Below, one piece after another: positions 24,625 through 38,184 of a DNA stretch of 64,000 bases. Origin of the DNA: Enoplolaimus lenunculus (Eukaryota); the NCBI GenBank assembly GCA_030248215.1, contig JASANG010003930.1:186001-250000 (forward strand), given 5' to 3'. The notes beneath the pieces were generated by a model. The model saw only the letters and a program-made list of their open reading frames with translations, was not told where the DNA came from and made no database searches. Each line of letters begins with the position of its first letter. The first letter of the stretch is position 1. Position numbers and translations under genes: made by a program.

Positions 24625-25724
24625 TTACTAACTTACAGCTTAAAATTAACATGCCACAGAAACAAGATTAAATTGTGTAACGTTTTGAATTTTGACGCGA
24701 TTTGCTCTGTTTTTACGTATTTTTTCACTTTAAAAAGCTAACCTCACATTCAGAAACATAGGTCTTTGCATTAGTTTTTACATATGCCCCTCAAAAAGCG
24801 ACTCAGTTTATGAATTTTCTATCCCACTGTAGAAATTGTGGATCCGCCGGTGCCCATCTTGTCGCAGTGGAACTGTGTGGAATCCTCACCGATCATATGG
24901 CAAAGTTACGAGTGTTGTTGGATCATTATTATAATGAGTGCAGTTTTCATTTGTTTCATATCTTCAAATGATCAGAGAACCTAGTGCCGCTAATCATAAG
25001 GTGAATTATAAAGTTTTTGAGCCACAAACATACTTATTATAAGCTATTTCAAAGTTTTATACCTAGCTTGATGTAGAATGTAGATTAGTTGTTTTTGATG
25101 TGGATTTATACGCAAATTTAAAATCGAAATCGCCAATCATTGGTTGTTGTTAGTTTGTTGTTACCTTTAAATTTAAATGAATTACCTACTTGGTAAATAT
25201 TCTTCAGTTTCTTATGAATTTTAATGTATTTATGTGAAGATTGTAATGTTTTGAAAAAGTGTTGCCTAGCAAGATAAAAGCAACGTTTTTGTGGCTGTAT
25301 CTTAGCAGTAAATTTATCTTTGTTTCAATGTTACTGGGTGTTTCTGTCGCACACACAGCGAGCGTAGAACTGGTTTCTAGTGTATAAATGCTACAAGAAG
25401 GGTCTTTTTCGTTACTTTCCCAGCCCGCATTTGCCCAAAAATGGTTCGATTTTGAAAATTTTTGTATATTTTAAGCTTCTCATGACATCCTCTGATTATT
25501 CCACGCCTCAATTTGAATTTTTAGAAGGTCCCAAGTCCCCCCTTTGGAGCCAAGAATATTTTTTGTCAAAAAGTTTGACCAATTACATATCACTCGATAT
25601 AGATTGCGGGGCTGAGTACAACGGTGTTAAATTTTTCACAATCAGACAATTGGCTAACGAGTTTCATTGTCAAATATCTGATTTGGCGTGTTGCAAACGA
25701 TTTGGGGCGGCAACAGTTGGGGAT

Positions 25725-25886
25725 CGGGCCCGCATCCAAGGAGGTGCAGGCTGTTCAGTTCCCCGTGCAAAAACTTTAGTACCCTATAAATTTTTCAACC
25801 TCGCTTATACATCGGCTAAAACCTTTGTAAGCCAATTGTACAAAATTTTCAGCCCCTCCTATCAAGCTGAGTTGGCTACGGGCCTG
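25725..25886. mobile_element. Small hAT-type MITE (same family as 24119)
   Basis: CGGGCCCGCA ... GAGTTGGCTACGGGCCTG; 3' part similar to 24240-24284. Confidence 0.6.
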
Positions 25887-26577
25887 GGGTGGATACCCAA
25901 GAAACACGGGGTAAATCTTCAGTTTTGTACTGTGAAAATTGTTTTTGACTTCTCGCTCACTTCTCTTACGAGGACTTTTCACCATCCTAAGTTGAGCACT
26001 CCCCCGTCCGATTTTCTGGATCCGCCAACGAACGTTAGAACAGCTTTGGTCTTGGTGTGAGACACGTTAGAAGTCACAATATACCAATTCGAAAAGGATG
26101 GTATGCTTCAGTGTACAGTCAGGTTTGAAAAACCGGAGCCAGAACCGAGTTGGAAGTCATCAAACTCCGCTGGAGGCAAAGCTGATACTGGAGGTAACGT
26201 AAACCATGTTTAATCTTTAATTTACACTTATCTAGAACGTGTTGTCAAAATTTTTAGTTTTAGGTATATTTTTCAGGAATTCCGACAATTTGTTGTCAAA
26301 ATAGTTATAGCCAAGCGCACGGAACAATTCAATTTTTGTTAAAACTATAAAAAATTAACTACCGAAATTGCCAAATCTTTGGTAAAAATGCCACCACCGA
26401 ATCATGAATCGGACGGCTATTTTCGGCTGGAGCCGGAGCTGGAGGCAGACCTACGGTTGCATCCTGCTACGCTTTAATGTTTAAAACATGAAAATTTAAA
26501 TTTTGTATTCCAGATGTGTATCACGGTTTCAGAGTTCGTATGTAGCGTACACTTACGAAGAGAATTTAGCTCGATTA

Positions 26578-26987
26578 CTGCGGTGACCCGAATAAAAGGA
26601 GGTAATAAGAGGGTCCTTATTTTGAGTCCCAATCACTAGGATTCCGTATCCGTAATAAGGATCGGTAAGCTGATAGAGTGAATAAATCTTAATTATAGTC
26701 CATATTAATGACACCAGTACCAAATAGAGTTGAGTTCGAAACTTTAAAGCATACTTAAGTTTTGAAAGTACATTCCTAACTATAACCTAGCATTATTGCT
26801 CAGGCCTTTGATACAAAACAAATAAACGTTTAATTCAATGGTTAGTTGCAGTATCGAATATATCAGTAACGAAGGGCGGCGGAGCGTGGGTTAAAAATAA
26901 ATAACAATCCGTAGCCGAATAACTAGGGGGGTTCCCTCTGGAGAGCTATAATAAATATCAGTTCCCGTCTTATTCGGGTCACTACAT
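26578..26987 (-). mobile_element. Tc1/mariner-type MITE, family A copy
   Basis: Reverse-complement copy with both TIRs and TA flanks. Confidence 0.88.
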
Positions 26988-27101
26988 TAGTATTGATTTC
27001 GCCTAGAAATCACGTTTGATCGCAGAATCTTGCAGTAGCTGTCATTCTTTGATCCTATTTTTTTACACAAACCGTATGCAGACATACATTTATCATCCGT
27101 A

Positions 27102-27353
27102 CACTGTAAATTGCGATGAGTTTATTAATCAATTCAGCAAAGGAGTTGGTTATTTCTGAATTAATATCAGAAAACATTAACTCAGTCTCAGTTGAGTTAA
27201 TTCTAGCTCTAAGTTGAGTTGACTATGTGTGAGTTGATTAATTAACTCAGAATGAATTGAATCAGCTCAAAATTCTGAGTTCTGATAGTCCTAACTCAGA
27301 CTGAGTGATTTAACTCATTCTGAGTTAAAATCAACTCACTGAAATTTACAGTG
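27102..27353. mobile_element. CACTG-ended (CMC/EnSpm-like) MITE
   Basis: TA|CACTGTAAATT ... AATTTACAGTG|TA; dense AACTCA/TGAGTT subterminal motifs. Confidence 0.7.
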
Positions 27354-30300
27354 TAGCGCTAAGAAAATAAGGGCTACCCAATATCAACGTGAAAAGTTCA
27401 AATAATCAAAAAAAACTTAATGAATACATCATCATTTTATGCAAGCGAGCGTTCGCCAGCTTAAAGACAAGCTTCAATTCAGATAAATTGAAAGTTTATG
27501 CTAAAATTACGTATTTTGAAATTGAAATTCTGAAAGCCAGTTCAGTGTTAGGGGCATCCCCATTTGAGAGTATATGTATGCGCTTAATAGTACGGCACGA
27601 TTTATTTGACGTAATTAGGCATACAGGTTGGTATAACGTCAATCTGTAGTATAGGATCAGTTTCACATAATGGTGAATAAATACCAACTAAATAATAAAT
27701 TACAACCTGTATGTAATATGATATTGAAATAAATATAGCCACTGTTTGGGGGCTGTTTGTACACCAAAAATTGCAACTGTAAGTTCCTTAAAACATTGTA
27801 AAAACGCTAAAATGTTGCGAATTTATTTGCAGATAGAATTACATGCATTTTAGCGATACTAAACATATCATTTGTGAGTGGTTTTCCAGACACCAGAATT
27901 CGAAAGTGTCATAGGTCAACTCGCATAGCAGGGGCGGATCCAGAAAAAATTAAAAGCAGGGGCGGATCCAAAAAATTCGGACGGGAGGCGCACTTGTGTA
28001 AAACGCCTTCGCACTTATAAACCATAAAACCCGAGTAAACTTAACAAGAGAGTAACGTAAACAGTTTATTATACGACGAAATAACCACGCTATGAGTATA
28101 GTCAAGCACACCGGTAGAACAAACAGTCTGATCATGAATCCTCCTTAAACTCTAGTGTTTTCAGCTTATATACCACTTCACCGCCTACGCAACTCGTTGT
28201 CACTAAATCATTGGCCCACGTATCGTTCGCTAATGCACGTGTCACTCCATGCTTAGCCCACGCGTCGCTCGCTAATTTGGCCACGTACACATTGTTGCTA
28301 GCTAGACGTGAATAAAGCAAAACATGCCGTAAAGAACACGTTCACTTCATTCACGTTACACTTGCAAATGTGACGAAACGCAAGAATTGTAAGGTAAGTA
28401 AAGACCTTATCATGTTATCGCCAAAAAATTTTGTTAGGGGAAAAATTGCGAGGTAGGGCGCCAAATTGGCCGTGCCTCTGCCTCAACAGGATCTTAACAA
28501 AATTTATTTTGGGAATCAAATTAACAGATGTGCACGCAATAAAATGTGAGAGGCGCAACGTCATCCGCAAACGGGACAAACCGGTTGAAATTCCACTTTC
28601 CCGTGATTCTTTGAATAGCTTCACACACAACACAGATCTTAAAATAACCGCCAGGTTGCTAAATGTTAAATAATTTTCTCGCTGACCGAGAAGCCAGACG
28701 TATATAAGTTTAGCATACTCACGATGCAACTTTTAATACTTCCTGGCTACTCTGGATCGTTCTGTCCTACGATTCGTTTTAGATCCGCTTTTGTTGCCCA
28801 ATCTTAAAATTTTTTACATCACAGGTTAAAGAATTATGTGTCAGGTAAAATTTGCTTGCTCCTACCAATTATTCAGTGTTGTGATGCTGCCAGATGCTTT
28901 TAATTTTCAATTTTTTTTCAAGAAACTCAATTGTCAGCGCTGCAGTGATATAATTTTGGTAAGATTTGCGCAACTTTTTGCATCCTATTATATTTAAATG
29001 TTGATGGCCTACATATGTTCGGGTGGTGGCGGCCGTTACGCAATTTGTTTGTTGTTTGTATAATGATAAAATATTATTTTGAAACAAAACAGTTTTTTCG
29101 TTTTGTGATATAATTTTGTTTAACGTAAAACAAAGATAGACATGCATTGAAATTATGCATTTCGTTTATCGCCAACGTTGCGTCACCGTAGACGTGGCTA
29201 TTTTCAATATACGAGTATAGGTATCCCTATATACTTACTTATCGTGTGAAGCAGTCCACTGCAGTCCGTCACCGTGCGGCATCGAACGAGAATTGTCGTA
29301 CGACGCCGATTTGACGACTGCGATGCCGCATGCTGACGAACTTCGGACGGCACCGGAAACTGCGTAGTGTCTGTCTGTTAAGATGTCGCTGAAGTAAGCA
29401 ACATTTCTCTGTTTTGTTTCCAATGATGGTTATGTTATATTTTATTTAGGCCTCTGCAGTTAAAACAACTTCACCAATTCCAAAAGTATTCGAGTTTTTT
29501 TAGTTTATCAAAAGATTAGTTTACAAAATTAATGCTCTTGTCTTATGCTATGATGTTGACTGTTGTCTGTCGAACGCCGTTAACAGTTCCGGTACAGGAA
29601 AATTTTGAATTGTTGCATTTTATAATGATAGTTTTCAAATTTTATAAAACCCTAAAAGGCTTGCAGTGGCGGATTTTAAAACTTTTGATGTTGAAGTCCG
29701 TGCGCTATATAATAATGAAAAAAAGCCTGTGACTGTAGATAGAGCATAGTCAAACCGCAAGATTTGTACGAAATGTTAACACGAAATCTTGATCAATACC
29801 AGGGAGGTCCAGGCATGAGTGGCTTTGGCGGTCCCTTTGATTTAATAGCGAAACGCTGATTCGGAAGTCTGGCTCATATTGGAACTACATTTGACATAAA
29901 CGCATCAAACTTTTAGTTTGGATTAGGCCAGTTCACAGCTTAGAAGGTGCCATAATGAGTTGTGTTTTATATGATTGTATTATTATTACCGTGTATATAT
30001 AGCTTGTAATTGGTTTAGATTCAACAATTCTTTTTGACACTGCCGTCATCCGGTACAATGGTGCATTTGTGAGCACTGTTTTATTCGCCCAGAAAACTCC
30101 CCCACATATAAAAAGGCTTCACTGCTTTATCAGGTTGCTGCCGGCGCCTGAACCCTCCACAAGTTCAAGGGACCCTAAGCAGAATGGTGAGCCGTCTCCC
30201 ATCAATTTTTCCAAACAAAACAACATAATAATGAATGCTTACATTTTAAATAAAGTATGATACTGCGTTTTCACGGACTAGTATGAGAACCACTTAGTGC

Positions 30301-30548
30301 GAGGGGAGATTTGTGAGCAGTAGCCCCCATCCTGCTTAGAGACCATCCAATTTAACTTGCGGGGGTGCAGGGAAGCAGCTGCCACCCTGATTGGAAATTA
30401 AAAGGTGCCTCTACCGCACTAATTTAAACGGAGTCGTTTTGTAACGTTTTGAAATATCTGCATGATAAAGTTAAAAATACTGTACTTGTCAAACATCTGA
30501 AAAGCCCCCACATTTCAGTTGTGTGGGTGAGGGAAGTAAAACTGTGGC

Positions 30549-30738
30549 TGCTAGCGTATAGAACAGGGTAGCAGCAGTAGTTTAAGCATATTCTTAAGCC
30601 TACGACTAAGTGTACCAATGAGCTTATACCTCAACCTAAGCCTAAGTAATAATCGTAAGCGAAAAAATTAGCCTAAGGTAAAGCTAACTCTATTGCAGTC
30701 CCGGAAAAAACGTTCCGCCACTGATCTTTACATTGGCC
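30549..30738 (+). mobile_element. Merlin-like MITE with CCTAAG tract
   Basis: Right end TTCCGCCACTGATCTTTACATTGGCC as in the 42548 and 55959 copies; TSD actgtggc/aatgtgcc. Confidence 0.65.
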
Positions 30739-31016
30739 AATGTGCCTAACTTCCTGTACTAAAGTTATGATACAATTTATTGTCCTTATGCGAACTTCAT
30801 CACGTGTGTTTTCAAGAAGAAAAAACTCATTTCTTTTTGCCCACGCAACGCATACTGTTATTTGTAGGACATTGCTTTACAATATTCCTTTTCCCATTGC
30901 AGCTTAACACAGAGGTACAATGAGAAAGATGATCTAACGGATTGCTTTAAACTGCATTTAAACGATTTAATGAAATCTCCTGAGATATATCAATCGGCTT
31001 CCCATGCTTGATTGTA

Positions 31017-31353
31017 CATTAGTGACCCGAACAAGAGGAGGCAATAAGAGGGTCACGTTTTTATTCCCAATTAATAAGAGTCTGTATCCTTAATTATAGT
31101 CTGTTCGTGTAGTGGACAGTGTCTATAAGTCCTTAGAGTCCATAAAAGACCAGAGCAGAATAATAGACTAGACTGTTCAAATGTGTAACAGACACTCCGA
31201 CAACCTGCTAAAACTTTATTAAATCCAGGAAAAAAATTGAACGGACACAGCGTTCAAAACTGCTTCGGATCAAGTCCGTTAAATTCAAGTGGTACGAGGA
31301 TATAAAGAAGAGCGTTGTAAATATCAGTCGTCCTCTCATTCGGGTGACTATAT
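31017..31353 (-). mobile_element. Family A-related MITE with a different interior
   Basis: AGTGACCCGAACAAGAGG / CCTCTCATTCGGGTGACT ends; interior shared with 44690-44930. Confidence 0.65.
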
Positions 31354-33995
31354 ACACAGTAGCTGTTATGAAAGCACAGTACCAATTTAAACGCTCAAAC
31401 ACCCACCCACATTTGCCAGTTTGTGCGTTCTAGCGGTACTGGATATGCAGAAACATTTTGTGACCAAATCTGGTACTGCTTAACTTAGATTTAGCGGAAT
31501 CATTTCGAAAAATGTGACTCTCAAATTCCCAGCTCATACGGTTTTGTGACTTTATTTATATAAACATCTTGTAGTACCGAACAGTCGGTATACAGAGTCA
31601 TTGTAGCGAAAAGGTTGCCTACCGAAATGCCTTAAGTGCATTCAAGTGATTTTATGATCCTTCGATATTAATCGACTCGGATTGATTTTTGGACACTATT
31701 TTCCTTCCATGTGGTAGGCATTTCAGTTTACGTTATAATTTGCCTAATTGTAGTGCGTAAAAATAATACGAAACAGTTTAGCACTCAAAATATGCGTTAG
31801 AATGGTTCTAAAATAGAGCTGGTTTTTGTTCTACAATGAGGGAGTAAGGGTGCGGACACTTGGAGCTTGCGTTCGGAGAGATGCCATACCCTGAACCCCC
31901 GGCAATTTGAAACGTTAGCACCTTAATCAGGATCAACATAATCAGGATGCGTCTTGAGCACCGCATAAACAAAAAGACCACTGTTATAGGGTTAGGAATA
32001 TAACTTGCTGGAACGTTTTGACACTCGATCAAAATATCACTGAATGCAAATTATGAATTATCTATTAAACCCAGTAGAGCAGTACCAAATGGCGTACCCA
32101 ACACGCTAACAGATGCACATCAATTCTTTCGCAGAACGTGTTTTCCTAACAAACCCGCAAGCAACAAAAACCATAACTTGACCAGATGAATTTCAATTCT
32201 GAATATAGAACTCGTAGTTTAGTGTACGTTTAGGTTTTTTCATTGCACATGTACACTTCATCCAACATGTTTTATTGATTCCATTTTTTCAATGATACAA
32301 AAAATTTGTTATTATCACTCAGATTATTTGTCGGGCCAAACTTCCAATTTTGAGCAAAAACGCCAGTTATATCAGAACAAATCTGGGAATTTTTGACCAG
32401 AAAGGGCTCGTTATATAATAGGAAAAACGTTCAAGAGCGAAGCGAGCAAGATATTCCATGCGATTTTCAGTCCAGAGTCTGTAGCCAGTGGAAAGCCAGG
32501 GAGTGGAATTTTGTCCCTTGCCTTGGAAAAGTTCTGCCCCAGCTTGTAAGTCTTGAGAAATGATCTGTGTTCTAGTCCTAAAATTGTTCTCCTCTCAAGC
32601 ATGTTGAGCTTGCTACCAGCCTGCGTAGGCTTTACAGGATCATGAGTTCGCACAAAATATTCAGCTCATTTGTAACCTTTTTTATTCTTGTAGATTAGTA
32701 ATATATTAAATATTTGCCGCGCCATACATATACATGTCTCGTAATACTTATTGTTCAAGCTAAACGACGAAACTTTCACAATGTTGCAACCAGATTCAGC
32801 ATGCTGGAAAGAGGGCCAGCCAAATGATCCAGAATGTCGACATGTGTGGATTTCGCTAAACATTCATGGGGAAACTAAAATTTTCCTGACTGGTTGAATG
32901 GAGCCTCCCGCAAATCTCCTCTGACTATGGGTCTAAACGTATAAATAATTTTCTACTAAACAAACCTATTTATACAGAACGTAAATCTGTACAAACAATA
33001 ACGTTTAGCTTTAAAAGCTGGAGATGTTTGCATTGCATTACGCTCGCTTTTCACTTAATAGATTTGTATTATCGATGCTATTCCAACTGTAGTCAGCATA
33101 AAATAGATTAAACAAACCACCAGTAAATATACTACTTTAAGTTAAAACTTCAATTAAAACTAAATCAAAGTTTCCATTAGGAAAAGTCAAATGTTTGAAC
33201 TTCAAAAAATATATTAATACATAAAGCGCAAACAAGATTAAGCTTTTGAGAGGCACGGGCTCACGTGACAAGCGGATCCTTATAATAGACGTATGATTCT
33301 ATAAACTCGTGCACAAAATAGCACATTTTAAGTAAATTGTTGGTTCTCAGTTACTGGAAGCTTCTTTTGGTGGCTCTATGCCCAAGTTTGTGCGACATTA
33401 ATTAAAACACGAGGTAAAAAAATTACTCGTAAAATTTACCTGCCCTGTTTTACGACAGTATGAAACTGCATGCTATTCACTATGATTATTAATTGGCCTA
33501 GGCCAATCTGCTTTTTTAAGTAATAGCAGTATGGTCATGGTCTACGCTAAACTGCTATTGAACTTTTAGACCAATCAAATTTTACTATTTGGACAGACGC
33601 AATACAGATGGGCTACGACATATATACCAAGTTATTGAAGCTGCTCAACGATAACAACCTCTGTTAAATTTAAGGTTTCGCGCTGCATTAAGGTTATCGT
33701 CGTGTTTTCAATGATTTCATTTACTGCGAATTTCTTTAGCCTAATTAACCATTTTCAGAGCAATTTTGTTATTTCTGTAAAACTTTTAAGCTATGCAACA
33801 CCATCGTACTGGTTTTAGCGATTTTAATTACTGCGAATAGAGTATTTTTAACAAACCTAATTATTTAATAATTTACCAGCGGTGATTAGCCCCCTTTGTG
33901 GGGCAATATGTCAGCAACCCTCGTGATTTTCAACAAAAAATTGTACCCGGCAACGGTATTTTTTGTCTCTCCGCCGTTTAGAGAGTCGTGCGACC

Positions 33996-34467
33996 ATGCT
34001 TCATAATCATTCCATATCGAGTGTGCGCAGAATTGCAGTTTACGTTGTAGCAACGGCAACACTGGTTATGTTATATAGATTTGTTATATTCACACAATCA
34101 ACACAGTTGATCAACGAAGCAAAATTTGTTCAAAATAGTGCCGAAAGCGGCGCAAATCATGACGGTGTACGGTTACGCAATTTAGGGTCTTATCAAACTG
34201 AAGCCGGTGAAGTCAAGCTAGAACCGGGCCGTTCGTATCTGTGGAATCAGCAACTGAACACTCATGAAAGCGTTTCAGAGTACGCTAAACCGTCAATACA
34301 GTTGCCGTATGGCCGAAAAATACTGCCGCGTCTTGAGTCTGCAATGCTTCTGCCGGCGTTTAGCAACGGACTGTTTCCTGGCGGCAGGTTGCCACCACCA
34401 ACGATGTACGACGCCCACAAAATAATGTTTTGTGGCATTCCGAAAAATTCAAATTCACAATTTAGAG
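33996..34467 (+). CDS. Carbohydrate sulfotransferase (Sulfotransfer_2 family) paralog 1, exon 1
   Basis: Type II TM segment IAVYVVATATLVMLYRFVIF; 5'-PSB-like FCGIPKNSNSQFR; donor g|gtaaaa. Confidence 0.88.
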
Positions 34468-34899
34468 GTAAAAATAACCGTATTTTGTTCGAATTAAGTT
34501 ACGGTTAACGTTGTTACAGCCTGTGTCAGTCAGGTGCGTAACCAGGATTTAAGTCCATTGGGTACGTCGTCTTTCGTCATAGTTAACAAGTTTTGTGACC
34601 TCCGGGATCAAGTACGTTATCCGAAATTTTGTTAGTACTTTTTCTTGTCCCCGTAAAAATCCTTAAGGATATATCCTCTCTTTTTCCACCCCTGTATATA
34701 CCCACCCGTGGGGTAGGTTTAACGTCGACAAACTCTTACAAGGCTTTCGCCTGGTTGCCCTTTTTGAAATATTCCTAAGATAACTTTTCTGACATCGGAT
34801 TCGGGATAAAATTGTGCATACGTGGAACTTACAGGGCTGACTCTTTCGTCTAATGTACTTCTTTAAGCGCTGGATATTCGGCCGTTGATTGAAAAATTT

Positions 34900-36093
34900 G
34901 TCGTCCGATGTTATATAGTTGGCCGTTTCCTGCCTTGCTAATGCTTTTGACTGCGTGCGGACAGCTGAAATTAGATTGGCTTTACTACAACTGGCGACTT
35001 TAGCTTTGTATTTTCTACCAGCACTTCATCTCACACTTCAATCTGTCTTTTTTGTTGATGTTTTTGTCATAATTCTGCTTCATTTTCAAACATATCTTTT
35101 CAACTATTCTCAACGGCTTCCATCACCTTTTGCGGAGAACCTATATCATTGCAAGTCGATACCTGGAAGCTGGTTGGGTAAAATTGGATCAGTATTAGAA
35201 ATGACGCAATATGGACTGTGATCAGTGGAGCGATGAACCGTCGGTCGCCATGCAGAGGGGACGGCAGGTAATTTATCAACCAGCCCTCACAGTTGTCTTC
35301 CTCGCAAGTTTTCATCAACCATTTCTCAGCTATCTAATATCTCTGCTCTTGAAGTCCATTCGATCTGCGGGTAATATGCTGAAGTCACTCTATGCTTGAA
35401 CGCTACAAGCAGCAGACACGTGATTGTTAGTCTGGTTAACAAATTCGCGACGTTGGTTGGATATTAGAATCTCGGCCGCACTTCCATCCATTTTGAAAAA
35501 TAATTGTGGCAGCGCAAATGTACCTGTTGCCTTTTGTTTCACTAAATGGGCCTATCAAATTTATACCCATTGATTTGAAAAACCCGTAGGAACCGACACT
35601 GGTTGTCGTTCTGGCTGCTGTGCTTTGAATTAATATTAATCTTTGCGCAACAGTCGCAAGAACGAATAAATTCCTTAACATCCCGAGTATGTTTGGCCAA
35701 TCGTACCTATTTGAAACTAATTTCATTGTATTGTAAAACCCGATATGGACAATACCATGAACCTCCTCAAGTATTCGTTTTCTGCTTCGTCCTCAATCAC
35801 CAATTATCCGGTAAAAATCAACCGATAAGGCGGCGTGTTCAGCGTAAAACAGTTGGCTTTGCGACGTAGGTAGCGTTTTGAGACTTAGTCGATATCTGCC
35901 GGATACGCCTGATTAATGAGATAATTTCTTATATCTGAATACTGAATGTGTGAAGTCTTCGCCGTTTTTCTAAAATTCAACTAGAAAATAGTTATGTGTG
36001 GATTCTGAAGATTTGCCAATGCCAAACCTATGCCAATACTCACGAAACGTGCCGATTATTGCCGACACTCGATTAATCAGGCAGATCCGTACA
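34900..36093 (-). mobile_element. Ginger1/GIN-like stand-alone integrase transposon remnant, intronic
   Basis: Minus-strand fragments IRNYLINQAYP..KRYLRRKA, ILEEVHGIVHIG..RYDWP, GINLIGPFSETKGNRYI and DEVLVEN..CPHAV; no RT/RH upstream; TGT terminus at 36093. Confidence 0.65.
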
Positions 36094-36503
36094 GTAGTAA
36101 ACAAATATCAAGTAGAGTTTTCGACATAATCACACGTATATGCCGTAGGAAGCTACTAGCTATGTAAACCAGTGATCTGCTCCAAGTGTGCACATTAAGC
36201 ATCTGTAAGCGTATTGAATGACCATATCTCAGTGACGTAATATACCAAGAGCGTTATATATTTAGCATATTTATTTAGTAAACAGCTCTAGTCATTCCTA
36301 CTGCAACCTTCGGCTGGATTGAAACGGGAGTCATTTTTTCATAGCGGTCAATATTTCGTTCCTATATTGGCCGTGTAAAACTGATCGGCTGACCTGTTAC
36401 AATATTTTAAAACCTGATTTGTTTTGAACCCTGTTAGCATGAGTGTTCCAAACCCCTACATGTCTTACAATTCAAAAAATTGTTGTATAATTAGGTGTTT
36501 TAG

Positions 36504-36630
36504 CTGTGTTATGCAGAACAGTTTCGAATGTGGATGGTAAACGATTTCGCGAAAATCCTTACAGAGTTCACTATGACAAATTTTGTACGCAAGGAGAAAT
36601 ACAACTTCCAAATGATCCTACAAGCAACAT
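36504..36630 (+). CDS. Sulfotransferase paralog 1, exon 2
   Basis: ttttag / gtaagc; encodes AVLCRTVSN..PYRVHYDKFC..PNDPT; homologous to 42385-42505. Confidence 0.88.
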
Positions 36631-36913
36631 GTAAGCTACAATGAAATTTGATACGCAACATGTAAGCAACGCTATTAACGTTTAGAAGTGGTGTCTTGGT
36701 TTCCAACCCCATCCTTTGTAAATTTTGTCCAAGGTGTTCAGAACCTTTTTCTGTTGGAAAGACACGATCCTGTGCCCGTAGGTTTAAGCTTCGAATGTAT
36801 ACATGCAGTTAGCACGGTAAATAATTTACACAATAAGTCTAAAATTCACTGATTTTAAGAATAGTCAATTAAAAGGAAATATTGATCTTAAAGTATTGAT
36901 CAACTGTTTTTAG

Positions 36914-37303
36914 CACACACGTAATATGGCGAGACACATCATATCATAAACTTGCAATAGTTCGTGATCCGATTGATCGGTTTATATCCGGTTTCATTGA
37001 TAAATGTATCCGTCTGCGAAAGCCATGCTATCATTGTCCAAACGACACTGTGACGTGCTTTGTCGACAAAACTCTAGAAACAATGCAAAAGTTATCACAA
37101 AGTAAACACGTTCCAAACATGGCAACACACCATATCAATCATTTCTTGCCGCAATTTTGGTTCTGCGATTTTCAATCGCATCTGCATCAGTATACACTGT
37201 TGTATTACAATAAACAACAGCGATTTCGAGAGCTTGCAAGGCGTTTGCTGCTCAAATGGCAAGTGCCAGCGTCGTTGATCCGAAGAGGTTGGGGTAAAAA
37301 TCA
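36914..37303 (+). CDS. Sulfotransferase paralog 1, exon 3
   Basis: 3'-PB-like RDPIDRFISGFIDKC and HFLPQFWFCDF; donor gtaagt. Confidence 0.9.
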
Positions 37304-37925
37304 GTAAGTCTCCATTTTCAAGTTTTCACTATAGTTCACGTCTCTATAGCGGCAGATCCAGGGAGTTAAGAGACGCGATGTATTTTTCGCTACCTCTCTC
37401 GTATTGAATATTGTTCGATAAAAATGGTTTAACCAGAAGTAAATGCGCTTCCAGCGCAATTTTCAAAAATTAAAGTATCCAAATTTTTGATAAATACGCT
37501 ATAAAACTGTTAAACTTTGACACCCAAACCGTATCCTTCAATCACCGGAATATTGTGGATTTAAAACTGATTTTTATATCCACTCTTTTTTAAAACTTCA
37601 GAATGTGCCGTACGCCGTAACTTTTACGTTTGCGCTTATGCGTAGGATCAGGCTTAGATTAAGGGTTAGTGTTCAATAATAGGTTGCATAGGGCGGGGGT
37701 TTGAGGCGACAGCCCCTGTCCCGCTATGGGTGTTGGAAATTTGTGGGAACCCAGTGAAAAAAATTTTCAAGGTAAGGGAGTTTTCTTTTGTGGTGGAAAG
37801 GTAAAAAGTGCCAAAAAACGGCAAATTTTAGTCAATATAACACGTTTTTAAGTATCGGGATATTTTCTTCAGCGCTGTTTTCTGTTGAACTTTAACATAA
37901 ATAATGTTTTCATTTCTGTATACAG

Positions 37926-38184
37926 ATCAGTTCCATTCCTTGAAGTACAAACGCGCCACACCAGCGACCCGGAACTTGTGTACGATATTCAGTCAGAAAT
38001 CTTGTCAAATTTAACAATACTCAACCAATTATTCTCAACGTACTACGTCGATTATTACTATTTTAAATTTCCACTTCCGCGTCAAACGATAAAGTTGTGC
38101 ACGGACGCAGGTCCTAGCGCTGATCAAGAATTTGACGTCTGCTATGCGCTTAAACATCGCGTTATGACAGTTTATGATAACTGA
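37926..38184 (+). CDS. Sulfotransferase paralog 1, exon 4
   Basis: tacag acceptor; encodes YYVDYYYFKFP; the joined CDS is 1248 nt (415 aa). Confidence 0.88.

Noticed and set aside
25380..26060. 226-aa ORF
   Set aside because: Runs across several adjacent MITEs; no recognisable domain.
31690..32900. Signal-peptide-like ORF (31808-32032 minus), LPHGRKI similarity to the sulfotransferase, and C-type-lectin-like WKEGQPND (plus)
   Set aside because: Short motifs on opposite strands that cannot be joined into a gene model; could be chance.
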